Source: Balanoglossus misakiensis (lineage: Eukaryota; Animalia; Hemichordata). Taken from it: a stretch of 64,000 nucleotides of DNA. The position numbers were made by a program, and so were the translations under genes. Of the stretch, positions 52,282 through 64,000 are shown piece after piece (position 1 is the stretch's first letter; every line of letters starts with the position of its first letter). Under the pieces are notes generated by a model, which searched no databases, was not told the DNA's origin, and was given only the letters and a program-made list of their open reading frames with translations. The stretch covers positions 5,754,301-5,818,300 of the forward strand of contig CM082577.2 of NCBI GenBank assembly GCA_040954595.2, given 5' to 3'.

Positions 52282-55200
52282 ATGAAGGTATGGAGTGTAC
52301 TCTTCCTAGTGGCAGTACTGGGGCTAGAACTTGTGCCAACAAATAGCCAACAAGGTAAGATCTGAATATATATAAATGTGATAGTACCTTTATTCAACAT
52401 AATTGTCACTTGATCATGTGATCAATGGATATATGCCAAACTAAAATTCCAGGATAAATGATGTTTGTAAAAAGTTTGGTAGTGAAGGAAGTATATGTCT
52501 ACAACTTTCTATGGGTCACATTTTCATTTGAGCAGCGTTTCCTGGTTAAGTCTCTTTGCTACTATCCTATCCTATCTTAGAGATTTGTTTCTAAGTCTGT
52601 GAATACCATAAGAATAGATCTAGTGCCATTTTCTCGCTGATATTGACTGGGAAATCTATTGATGGACCATCAACAATAGAGGTATACTGGTACCTCTATC
52701 ATTTTAGATCTTAAAAGCTTAAAGGTTTAATTAAAGCACTCTATTGCTAATCTGCGATGTTCATAAAAGGAAGAAGCTTTACCCAGATTGTTTTCAGTAT
52801 TTGAGAGGATTAGATGCATTCTTAGATCACCATATGTACCTTCACCACTTTATGCATCTTTGTGTTGTACTTGAGACCCACTCTTATTTTCACAAACCAC
52901 ACCAGATGGCCTCTGAAACATATCTGATGCTTTACGTCATTATGAGACTGCAGAAGAGACATAAATGTGATCTTTGTATTGCCACTGACGATTCAGCAAA
53001 GTACTCTCCCCTAAGTATGTCAATACCGACTTTGGTCTGTACCTCATACTTTGGTCGTCCTGCAATTTAATCACCACTTAATGAAGACTATATACTTTGA
53101 GCAAGTGAGCAACTGATTTTGGGTCAAGGTGTTTCATTATGACTTTCTATTAAGTGGACACTTTGTTCTGATTTATTCATGTATTAAAGTTATTATTATA
53201 GTAACATTTCACTTGATCAGTGTTATTAATTCCAATTAGCATGCTTGTGCTGTCAACCAGTTTCCTTGTATTTAAATTAGTTCATGTACAATGCAACAGT
53301 TAAGTATGTGTTTCCCAACATCTACATGGAGCAATACTTTCAATGGTTATGAACACAACAGTTCATGCAATCCAAAATGGCGGATACCCCCTTTCATAAA
53401 AGTGAAAACTGAGTACAGTATAAAAGGATCGATAGAATACAGTTGTCTAACAATGGGTGTGTCTCATAGCCTGCCTATTCAGGTGTGTAAAGACTATTGA
53501 TTAAACTTTGAGGCCTTTAAGTCTCGAGTTACCTAGTGAAAACCATGTCATCAGCATTTGTTATTTATAACTGATCTCAAGTGCATTTAAAATACCTTGG
53601 TGGACTCGAGTAGAAGGTATAGTTACTTTTATGAAATGCTAAAATGGAAGCACAGATATCAGGGGTCACCAGCATTGTGTGTCTTTACATGTAAGTTCAG
53701 AACTGAAATCATCACAAATGTGTCAATTTGAGATATTCAAAAGAGCTGTCTCTGCTAGTCTGAAACAAGAAATTATTTTATTGATTACCATCCATACAGA
53801 CACGCAAGTATTAAACTGCTAGTTTTCATTATTCTTTGCACATTGTTTTCTGAGTCGTTCATTCTGCTCTACTGTGCCATATTTACACCATTGATTTTTT
53901 TAATTCTGTATGTTCTGTATGTTTGTGTTGGTTAGCCATTCAATAATCCAAAATTGATTGCTAAATATAACATGTGTGAGTCGCCATGAGTGTTAAGCAA
54001 AACAAGTATACCCTGGTTCTTTATATTCTGCAAATTGTATTAAACTTGTCTAGACACACTTTATTAGTGTAATTTTGAATATAGGCAAATGGTCAAGCCT
54101 GATATTTATAGGTCCTCACATAATGCCTCTTTCAACATTAACCAATTAAGGCACATCACTGTGCAAATTTGTCAGAAAAATGGGTTCCGTTGTACACAAG
54201 GAGACAAGTTATGTAAAGTACTTAAACTGCTGCCAAACATTCAGTTTTGAGCATCAGATGAGGATTGGGTCAGTGCTCGTGCTACATGAGCATCAATCAC
54301 AGGGACACGATAATATATAATTGCTCAGATGCCTCTCGCCAAAGCAATGACTAAGCGCTCATGACCGTAAATTGCATTTTTATTTGTTTCAGTCGACTGC
54401 CAAACAGATCCCTTGCAATGTGGGAGGAATAGCCAATGTGTGGAAAGTGTCTGTCAGTGCGATGATGGTTACTTCAGTGAAGATGGCACAAATTGTCTGC
54501 ATGGTAAGACAGAAAAAAGTGTTTATATCAATCAGAAGAGATACGCATTTCTATTTCACAAAACGTTATCTGGAGAAATTGAATTTTACATTCTACAATC
54601 CTGGCCAAATTTAATTATTCGCTCGATTGATCAGGCGGTCAAATCTTCTTGACATGACCGTGATAAAAATCAATGTGATTACTGAGGGTGAAGTAACTGC
54701 CCGGTGAGTGTGAATGTGGTGTGTCCAACTGCACTCGAATTCAAGGATTGGCCATGACAACTTGAACAGTTCACCCCTGAGCAGTCAAGAATTAAAAATC
54801 ACTTTCTTCAACAAAATCGCAGACAATGGAATACAAAACTCTTCTGTGTGAAAAAAATACACTTGTGTCTATGATATTTTGGTATCCACATATTCCAGCT
54901 TTTCTTTTTTCCTATTTCAGATTTCTGCAATGTGGAAGGATGTTTTCAGTGTCTTGACGAAAAAAGATGTTCCAGGTATTCACAACATGCTTTGCATCAT
55001 CCTTAAATTTCAACTCACTGCTGTTAAATGTTGCAAAACAACTGCATTTTTTAATGAGAAATTATCCCACTAACAGGTGTAGGGCTGATGTCATACTCTC
55101 CTTGATATAAATAAAAATTAACAGAGAATAACTAACAAATCAAAAGGCGAGATGAGCAGTTGACACTGCCATGATTTACCTATACAACATCAGCATCTGT

Positions 55201-56508
55201 AGAAATACACAGCAGTAATACTGTTTAGCCAGGCAGAAAATCAAAGCTGAAAAATTCATGTCATGCTTCGATTTAATTTCCAGCGATAAAATCATGAGAA
55301 GGAAAACTGTTGCAGACAGAGACTGACAGACAGACATGCACACGCACTATCGACATGTCTTGAATAATTCATTTGAAATTGTATTTCTGCCTGAAGCGTT
55401 TTTTGCTAATTGTAAATGCTGTCTTCGACATGTCACAACCGAAATTGTCATCTGGCTACAGATTAAAATATATGTTCAAATTAGCAACTGCATTGGTAAA
55501 ACGCACAACTTGGAATTCACATGGCATCTTGCCCATTACGTGTCAAGAAGTGACTCAGAAACATAAAATACTTGTTCTGAATACATTTGTACAATTAACA
55601 GTCAACCTGATAACTAGCATACAGCCACTGCAGATGTTTGCTTTTCCTGTGAACAACAGTACTTGTGTGAGTACTTGTCACAATGGCATGTCGAGATGAC
55701 CTCAATAATGCAACATGCATTGTTGCGGTTTTGAATTGTCTCTGACATTGACCCCTATTTGTGAATAGATTGAAAAGAAAAACCTTGAACATTGCTGTAC
55801 AGTGAATTTAAATCCCCGGATTTGATGAAATTTTCCAGTCCAGTAGAATCACAGTCATGGAGAAGGCCACATATGTGCCACATGAATGATCATCTAATCT
55901 CCATTCGTTCACAGAACTAGAGACATCTTTACCTTACTCTGATTGTATTTTTTTTTCCATCCACAGGTGTAGAGACATAGTGATTGAAGGTTCCGGAGTG
56001 TGTACATCGACATGTCCACACCAGGAATCATTGCAGTTCCATGGTGACTTTGTGGGAAGAGTCTGTACATGTAAGTGGAAGGAGAAAATAGGAAAGGCTG
56101 GAATCCCATATATACCGGTACAAAAGAAAAGGAAAAAATAAGAGGGAAGAACAACAAATAAGTTGATAAGTTTTGATAAGATTGCTATGAAATTTTGATC
56201 ATGATATTATGTACTTTGTCTCATAGATCCAAGTCAGACCGAAAGCTTACCAACAGCATATACGGCCATCATTGCTGTGATATGTGCTGGGATTGTCCTT
56301 GCTATTGTCATAGGATTAGCATGCTTCATTCACCAGAGGAGGACACAGTACGTACAGAATCACCATTATAACCACAATTATGTGCTGCATTTGATTTTGA
56401 CAAACACAGAAGATTCCAAACAAATATTAAACTTTTTTTTTTTAAGTTTCAATTTATCATGCATATGCTAGACATTTTGATAGGGCACCACAATAATTAT
56501 AATATCAC

Positions 56509-56539
<31 letters not shown>

Positions 56540-59095
56540 AATGGTGATGTAATATTAACTCCCAAAATGTGTATGTGCTTACAATACAATGCAACACACA
56601 TATGTTGTCAATTCAAGAAATAGCAATGCTGGCTGCATGAACATACCTATGTTGCATAAAATCTGTGTTCTCAAGTCTGACACCGTTTCATCACTACATG
56701 GGGTATCCGGTAGAGCAACAAACTGATGTTGATGCACCGAGCATAAATGCAGATTAAGTAAATCAAAAGTCACAGCCACTGTTCCTTTAATCCATAACAG
56801 GAGATGTGATTGAGACATTCTGAATATCATATCTGCTTATTTTGTTTGCCTCAACTATGCTTTTATTTTAACGCATTTATTTTTCATTATTTAAGTTCGC
56901 ATGCTGCATGGACCTCTAACCACTGCCTCTTTACATGTAACTTAACCTGCAATAGATACCACTTTGATTTCTTTCTAACGTACGCTACATGTATATCCTT
57001 TCTACTGTGACTGTCCTCTGACTCTCTCTCTCCTCAAGAACTGTCTTTGAAACTTTCCTGGGGCATTTACTAAACTCGCGCTTTGATGTGGTGCGCTTTG
57101 TGGTGGTGAGTATTCGGTGAATAGTGATGTACTCTAGATATTTTGGTTTGGTTTGAAAGAATAGCATATTAACTCGTGCTTCTTGGTTTGGTCAATGTAC
57201 TGCTTATTTGCTTCTACATGTACTCATAATGGGTGTACTAATCCATTTCAGAAAGTGATTTCTTTTTTAACAATGACTTCTTCAGTTTGATAAAATTGAA
57301 ATTTGTAAGTCTAATACAAACCTATTATTATGTGTGTATGTATGTGTGTGTGTGCATATGCATGTACATACATACCTGTATGTGCACACACATGTGTGCA
57401 TAAACACATATACGGTATGTGGTCAGATCCATACCACTGCCGGTTATACCGTAATGCACGAGTCTACGTACCTGTTGCTTAAATAACTGTCTCGGACTTA
57501 ATAAAGACATACATGTAGTGTCAAATCAGAAATTAAGATTTTCAGGCGATATATTAAACTCTAACAATGAGTATGTGTATAGATGAGTGTCAAATGTGGA
57601 ATCAAGGTTTTTCAGCAGATGTTCTCTGACAGTACATATGGATGAGTTAATGCCCCATTGATTGCCTTGTAATCAACTTGACTTTCAATGCATTTCAGGG
57701 GTAACTTTGATTTCCTGTATGGTAAACCGAACCGCCACAAGGAGGCCATGCCTGCTGAAGACAGTGTTACTAACGAGAAATACAGGAGGGATCCAGGGAC
57801 GGAGAGTACCACAGGTATAAGACATCCCAGAATCCTTTTGTGCGAGTGATTTAAAGGGGGAGTGTCGTCTGAATTGCACATGTGCGACTTTTCTGTTGAA
57901 AAACAAACCATCCGCACTTTACACTCAATGTTCATCTGTTTTAATGTGTTAATACAATCTTGAACCTCACTCAGTTGACTTTTGGAACAGATATGATAGA
58001 AAATTTTGTCGCTACAGCACACAGTGTACTTGTATGAGAGATAACGATTTACGTTGTTACCTTCTACAGCAAGTGAACTACCAGTAAAAGTCAATTCACA
58101 AAAGACCAACCCAGTGCATGGAAACAAGGGTGAGTTCCTACGACAGGTGTCTGAACTCAAGCCCCATGCGGAGACTTTCTTGAAGATGTTGAATGACGTC
58201 AGGAGGAGGTACAGAGCTTTGAAGCATGGAAACCCAAGAGCTGTTACATACAAGTAGGTTTTATTCAGATCACAGAGAGCCTATATAATAGCTGTGGAGT
58301 TCTTTATACAAATGGCTCACTGTGGTATTTACTTTGAAGTTCAATTTTCAAACAAGCCGGTATACACATAAAGTTGTATGGATTGGGGAGAACATGGTTT
58401 CGGCCAGAATGATGAGTTGCATCATGTCATTTCATTGTCTTTTGTCAATGCAGGAACCACCTCCACGGGTTTGGAAATTCATTCTGTGAAAGTTATCACA
58501 CTTGCAAAAGCATGTCAGATAATGTTTGCCGTAGCAATACGTGTACACTTTCCCAGCTTTCTCTAAATGAAGTTGATTGTTTCCTGTTTTGGGGGCATCC
58601 AGATGTGTTACCGATATGTCTACTTGTGGTATCTCCACAGGGCTGTAATCCGTGATTTATCCAGAGTGTTATTTATCCTCAACAAGAAAGAGACCGCTCT
58701 GAAGATGCCACCGGATGGGAATGAGCTCATGAAATGGGCTGCCAGGAGTCTCAAGAACTACGAGAATTGCCAAAGTGTATGTATTTTTTCTTCTTCAAGA
58801 AAAAACAAGCAAGACCTGTATGTTGACACTTCATACCCGCGCTGGCATAATAACACATATTCATCGACTAAAGATTTCTCATTGCTCACTGCTAAGGTAT
58901 TTTCTACAGCTACAGCTGATGTTTCGTATGTTTTCCTGTTTGCAGGTGATCAAGACGGAAACAGAGAACAAAGAGGAGAAGACGGGGATAAAGATGGTCG
59001 CTACAGATACACCGGAAAGTGTGTGGATAGAGTCCAAAGATGAGACCAGTTCATTGTACAAGGATGTTGGATCCGTCGAGAGTAAACTCATCTAG
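52282..59095 (+). CDS. Uncharacterised type I membrane protein: signal peptide, EGF-like domain, furin-like Cys repeat, TM helix, helical cytoplasmic domain; 9 exons, 349 aa
   Basis: Exons 52282-52354, 54393-54503, 54921-54975, 55967-56070, 56227-56347, 57699-57814, 58070-58253, 58641-58776 and 58946-59095 total 1050 nt with compatible phases. Segments: MKVWSVLFLVAVLGLELVPTNSQ; CQTDPLQCGRNSQCVESVCQCDDGYFSEDGTNC; CNVEGCFQCLDEKRCSRC...CTSTCP...FVGRVC; TM AIIAVICAGIVLAIVIGLACFI followed by HQRR. Confidence 0.85.
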
Positions 59096-61813
59096 ATGCG
59101 TGGAGAGTTACACATGTTGAGACGCACCCCACTATATTGATGATAGACTTGAGTGATACAGGCCTGACACATCTGTTGACAAAATAGTGAACACACACTG
59201 AAATACCCACCTAGATATGCAACTATTAATTTACATAGAGTCGTGCCACGGTATAAATATACTGATCAGTCTGACGGAATGACACATACATTGTAGATTA
59301 CCCTGCTAGCGAGTCATGTGTATGTAGAGATACACTCAGTATGACAGTTTTAGCTAGACAGCAGACTGTGACAAAATTCCCACCAGCACAACTTATATGA
59401 TGTATCTTTTCTTATGACATATTAGTAGATATGTATGTGTATATACAGATGTATTTATTCACAGTAGTTGAACACACATAGGCTGTGCACCGACATATCT
59501 GAATATTTGAAACTTGGCCGCTTCCTGTACAATCATATATTACAGTTCACTTATAAGTTTGTCACATTTACATTTAATAGCCCTATGAACTATTTTTAAC
59601 GGAAATATTTTTTTAGTTTATATGTTTTAAAAGCAAACCCCACAAATGTATATATACTAGCAGTCTGCATGAGTTTCAAGTGGCTGGTTGTTTGAAACAA
59701 TTAGTAGTTGGGCTGAACCTGTCTGTGGGAAGGGGGGATCATGATAACTTAAGACATTTACTATGAAAATGCATAATATAGTATGCAAAATTTAGCAATA
59801 AACGAACAAAATTTGATCTAAAGAAGACATGTTTTACCATATGCATATTTTTTGATATTGAGAATGTGTTAGATACACAGGAATAGGGGCCTTTTATTTT
59901 TCACTTAGCAGGATAGACTTTTGAGGTGGAAAAATGAGTAAAATAATCATTGAAACATTCCATTTTCTTATATTAATAGCTGAGTCATTTTGAAGGCCGA
60001 TTTCTCATTCATGCTACATACCATGAGAAATAAAAATAAAATAAGATAACCTATGAACCCTGAGACAAAAAGGCATTCATATTTGAAGTACATTATATTT
60101 TGAATCACATTGTGAAATTTGATTTTTATACAGAGTTTAACAAAAGCACTCGATGGGAAGTTGATGATTGACAATTTCACCTCACACAGAGTGACCATAA
60201 TTGTACTTACCTGTAGTACTTTTGATAGTAAGTTAATTATTTTGATATAATGTAGACCCCAATCATTACATAGATTTGTTCATTTTTGCAAAATCAGTAC
60301 TGGTCTTGAAATATGATGGAATGGAATGCGTCCGAGTACATTGAATGTTTATGGCGCTGGCGCCAAGAATAATATACATGATGGACACCACACATGAAAC
60401 AACATCCAACATTGAATGTGCTTGTATCGAAATTTTACCATAATTCACAAAAGGTTCATTTTTCCAGATCCAGTGTGTTCTTACATGCAGTACGTGGGAC
60501 AGTCTGGAGAGTAAGCTAGGTTGCTCCAGTTTGACTGTGGTAGATATTGTGGGTACTATCTTTGTCATATGAACAGATTCATTATATATGCAAAATGCGA
60601 TGTTTATCCTCATAGGTTTATTATAATCAGGTGTATTGAATTACAACACTTTAAAACCAGTTGCACATATTTTGTATATATCTCAGTTGGATCTTGTATT
60701 TGTATATTTTGTCTTTTCTATCTCAAGATTCTAAATCTCTCTTTGCAGGTGAAGGGATATTGTTAGCTTTTGTGTGTATAATTAGCCTGGAGACCTTTCA
60801 TCACACACAATAAAAATGCTTATTTGCTGATGTATTCGGAACTGTTTGATTGGCTACATGTATTTTTTCATGTGTGTGCTGTATGTGGTTGGTTGTGGTG
60901 TCCCTGAGCTGTACTGGTGCATGATGGGAGTACACTACCAGCAAACGGGTCATATTTATTGAACACATTCATACATACACGTTCTCTTGAACAAGCTTGG
61001 ATATTTTCTCTAATTGATTGAACGGAACGACTACAATTTATTATAAGTCGGCTACTAAAAATTAAGCAGACAAGAGGAGTTGTAAAATGGTCGCTAGAGG
61101 GCGCAAATATTCGAGTGTCCAAGCAAGTGACTCGATCGAGGCTCCTCCCTGCAGCACTGTCCGAGCACGAGTTAGCGTGTCGTCATCGAGGGAGCCGAAA
61201 TCTCATGCCCTAAAGGAACATTTTGTTACAAGTAAGTCTCGTTTGCAGCAAATTTTCCTAGTCGAAAGGATTTCTAAGTTTTTACGGTTGGAAAGTATGC
61301 CACCATCGCTTTGTGCACCATCCCCCAGGCTGGGGGGGGGGGGGGGGGGGGTGTCCAATGCTTCTGTGCTGTTTCCTTTCCAAATTCCGTCTGGCGTCAA
61401 GTTTCTGTGAAGTTTGTGTGGGTCATAGTGTCCTTCAACAGCAGAAATGGGAAGTGTGAAATTTCATTCATCATATATGCTGTCTAAGTGTCTTGTACAA
61501 TGTGCGCGTCCCCCAAACCCAGTTTTATTCGAAATGAAGATGGGTGGTTGCTCCATAATAAATAATACCGATTATGGTATCTAATGCTAATCGGCCTGGA
61601 CGTAAAGATTCATTTAGAAACTATCACAGTTGCGTCTAAAGTTGTCTGCCTGAGACCCAAGCTCCATCTCTTCTTTTCTCATTTTAGCAGACGAACCAGT
61701 GTGGTGTATGCACCATCCTTTGCAATCAGAACACTTGTCTTGCGATGACCTAACTGGGCGTTTGAACAAATGAATCACAAATCTAGCATTATCATCATCA
61801 TCAAGATTACACA

Positions 61814-64000
61814 ATGAATGACCGTACAAAAGAGATTGCTGGAATGCAATGTGGAGACAAGACCACCACACCAGAAATCAACAACTGTGATGGCAGCAAT
61901 ATTCTCAACCTTGCTTCCCACGATCTCAAAGAACTACCGATAGGCATAGTGAACCTGACAACGATCAGTGAACTCAATCTGTCATACAATGATCTCTCGG
62001 AACTCCCCCAAACAATTGCTCGACTGGACAACCTGACAATTCTGCGTGTTTCCGGAAACCAGCTAAAACATCTTCCAGTGACGATCGGCGAACTGAGTCA
62101 CCTTCGAGAGCTGTATGCAGACGAGAATCTTCTCTGTACACTCCCTGGTTCCGTGTGTCAGCTTGAGAGACTCCAACGACTGTACCTGCTGGGCAATCGA
62201 TTGTCTGAGCTTCCGGACGACTTTGGCAACCTCTGCGCCTTAGAAGAGTTGCAGCTGGACGAAAATAAACTTCAGCACCTTCCGGCTCGTTTCGGTCTCT
62301 TGAAGAGCCTGCAGTCACTCGAGGTTGCTGACAACAAGTTGAAAAATCTCCCCACAAATTTTGGATATCTCAGCAGTCTGCAAATTTTGAATGTGTCCAA
62401 TAACAAACTAAAAGACCTGCCCGACTCCTTTGGCAAACTGTCAACTTTGCAGAGCTTCGATATATCGTCGAATGACATCCAAGTCCTGCCGGATAAATTT
62501 AATTCGGCGCCAGTACTTGAGAAATTTTACGCCGAAAACAACCTGCTTCAAAGTCTGCCTGAGTGGATCGGTGAAATGGAAAACATCATCGAACTGAGTT
62601 TCAGGAATAATAAGCTGAAAAAGTCTCCCCTGAGCCAGTCATTCCCGACGACCAGCGGGAAGTCGCTTCTGTTCCTGGATCTGGCTGGAAATTCCATCCT
62701 GTCTCTGCCGGAGAAGTTGGGCGATCTGAAAAACCTGAAGCACCTGGACCTGGGCAGTCCCATCGACGAGCTGGAGAGGAGAAACTTCCAGAACGGGAAC
62801 TGGTTGCCGGAACTTCCCGTTACCTTCGGACTCCTCGAGAGACTCGTCAGACTGGTTGCCAACGAGAACCAGCTGACGCATCTGCCGGAGAACTTCGGGC
62901 GGCTCGCGTGCCTGGAATACCTGGATGTGAGTCAGAATCAGATCCACGAGCTGCCGGAATCCTTCTGCAATCTGGCCTCCCTGAAGGTCTGCTTGATCTC
63001 CAAGAACCACCTGGAGCTGCTTCCAAGCGACTTCGGAAATCTGAGCAACCTGGAGGACTTCCGCGCCGACAACAACCAGCTGGCCGAGCTGCCTCGGAGT
63101 TTCTCCAAGCTGACCAAACTGACCACGTTGGATCTTTTCAACAACGAACTGACCGCTGTTCCAGAGGCACTGGGCTGTCTGAAAAACCTAACAAGGCTTG
63201 ACATAGATGGTGTAGGTATTGCTCTTCAATAAAGTTGTACAATAAACCCCCTCCAAATTTTGATCTGGTGTAATGAACAGACCAAGATGCCATCTATGCA
63301 TATACTCTCATGACCCCTGACCTTCATCAGTTGACCCATCACCCTCACCTGTTTGGCTGGCCCTCACTTTTGTTTTATACCAATTTCAGAACAAGCTCAA
63401 GGTACCAGCTGCCAAGGTCCCTCACATTGTCAGGTCGGCAAATTATCCAGAACGAGATCCTTCGTTGAAGGACAACTGGCGAGGAAGACCTAGACAGGAT
63501 CTGATCAAAACAAATATCATCAAGGTAAAAATAACAAGAGTGTAATGTCCCATATCAAGATATGATAAAGGGTTAGCCTGAAATATACATATACTTGTAT
63601 ACATATTTTTAAGGCCATTCTTCATTTTAACAGACACCTTTATTTCTTTAAAAAACAAACGTTTGTTCAAAGAAAAAATTATATTAGCAAAGCATTCAAA
63701 GTGCAGTGCTGTCTAGTCCAAAGTAAATTCTCATGAATCTTAATAAGAGAATAATATTGTATCAGAATCTGGATGCTTACAATTACACAAAGATAAATGT
63801 TCAGTTTAGGGAGTTACATTGGCTTATATCATTCTGTCTTAATAAAACATGATCGAGGTTAGGTTTCCCAATTGATTTCCAGGTACACACTGATGATAAC
63901 AAGGACGCAGAGGAGGAGGAGGAGGAGGGAGAGCAGGAGGAGGAGGTAGACGAGGAATTCCGGGAATGGAATTACGGTACCCTGTTGAATTCCATGAGGA
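61814..64000 (+). CDS. Leucine-rich repeat protein (about 18 regular 23-aa LRRs), continuing past the right window edge
   Basis: Exon 61814-63211 has repeated LxxLxLxxNxLxxLPxxFGxL units. It splices (GGT|gtaggt) to 63390-63524, which completes LDIDGNKL, and then to 63883 onward, an acidic Glu-rich stretch still open at 64000. Confidence 0.88.

Noticed and set aside
52740-53070. Possible degenerate transposase remnant on the minus strand (GRPKYEV...)
   Set aside because: It is short, contains stops, and the similarity is too weak to call without a search.
55634-55730. Possible alternative Cys-rich exon (NNSTCVSTC) in the membrane-protein gene
   Set aside because: It hits a stop in the required phase, and the exon at 55967-56070 fits cleanly.
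57612-58253. 213-aa minus-strand ORF
   Set aside because: It is antisense to exons 6-7 of the membrane-protein gene and has no recognisable motif.

Overview
Intron-rich animal genomic DNA (GT-AG spliced genes, microsatellites, MITEs). It looks like an invertebrate deuterostome such as an acorn worm or echinoderm, but the taxon is inferred and not provable from this window. Ten spliced gene models were built by hand. Four are indoleamine 2,3-dioxygenase (IDO) paralogs on the + strand: A (3' part only, 960-2260), B (3506-7573), C (8666-13544) and D (30921-38012). The others are PSMD10/gankyrin (+), CNPY3/4 (-), PM20D2 (-), epsin (-), an orphan single-pass EGF/furin-like-repeat membrane protein (+), and the 5' part of a large LRR protein (+). 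The region 22-30.5 kb is a nest of mobile DNA: a 144-bp perfect palindrome whose empty site is visible in the adjacent duplicate, an orphan PHD-finger exon, a 5'-truncated L1/Tx1 insertion with a 13-bp TSD, and a ~1-kb multivariant ATCAAC minisatellite. The window opens inside an 88-bp satellite. The strongest signal is the IDO cluster: all four copies keep the proximal heme His, but each has a different set of Trp-pocket residues and only copy D keeps the GTGG loop, which suggests functional diversification. Most ORFs in the supplied track are spurious or are exon read-throughs.
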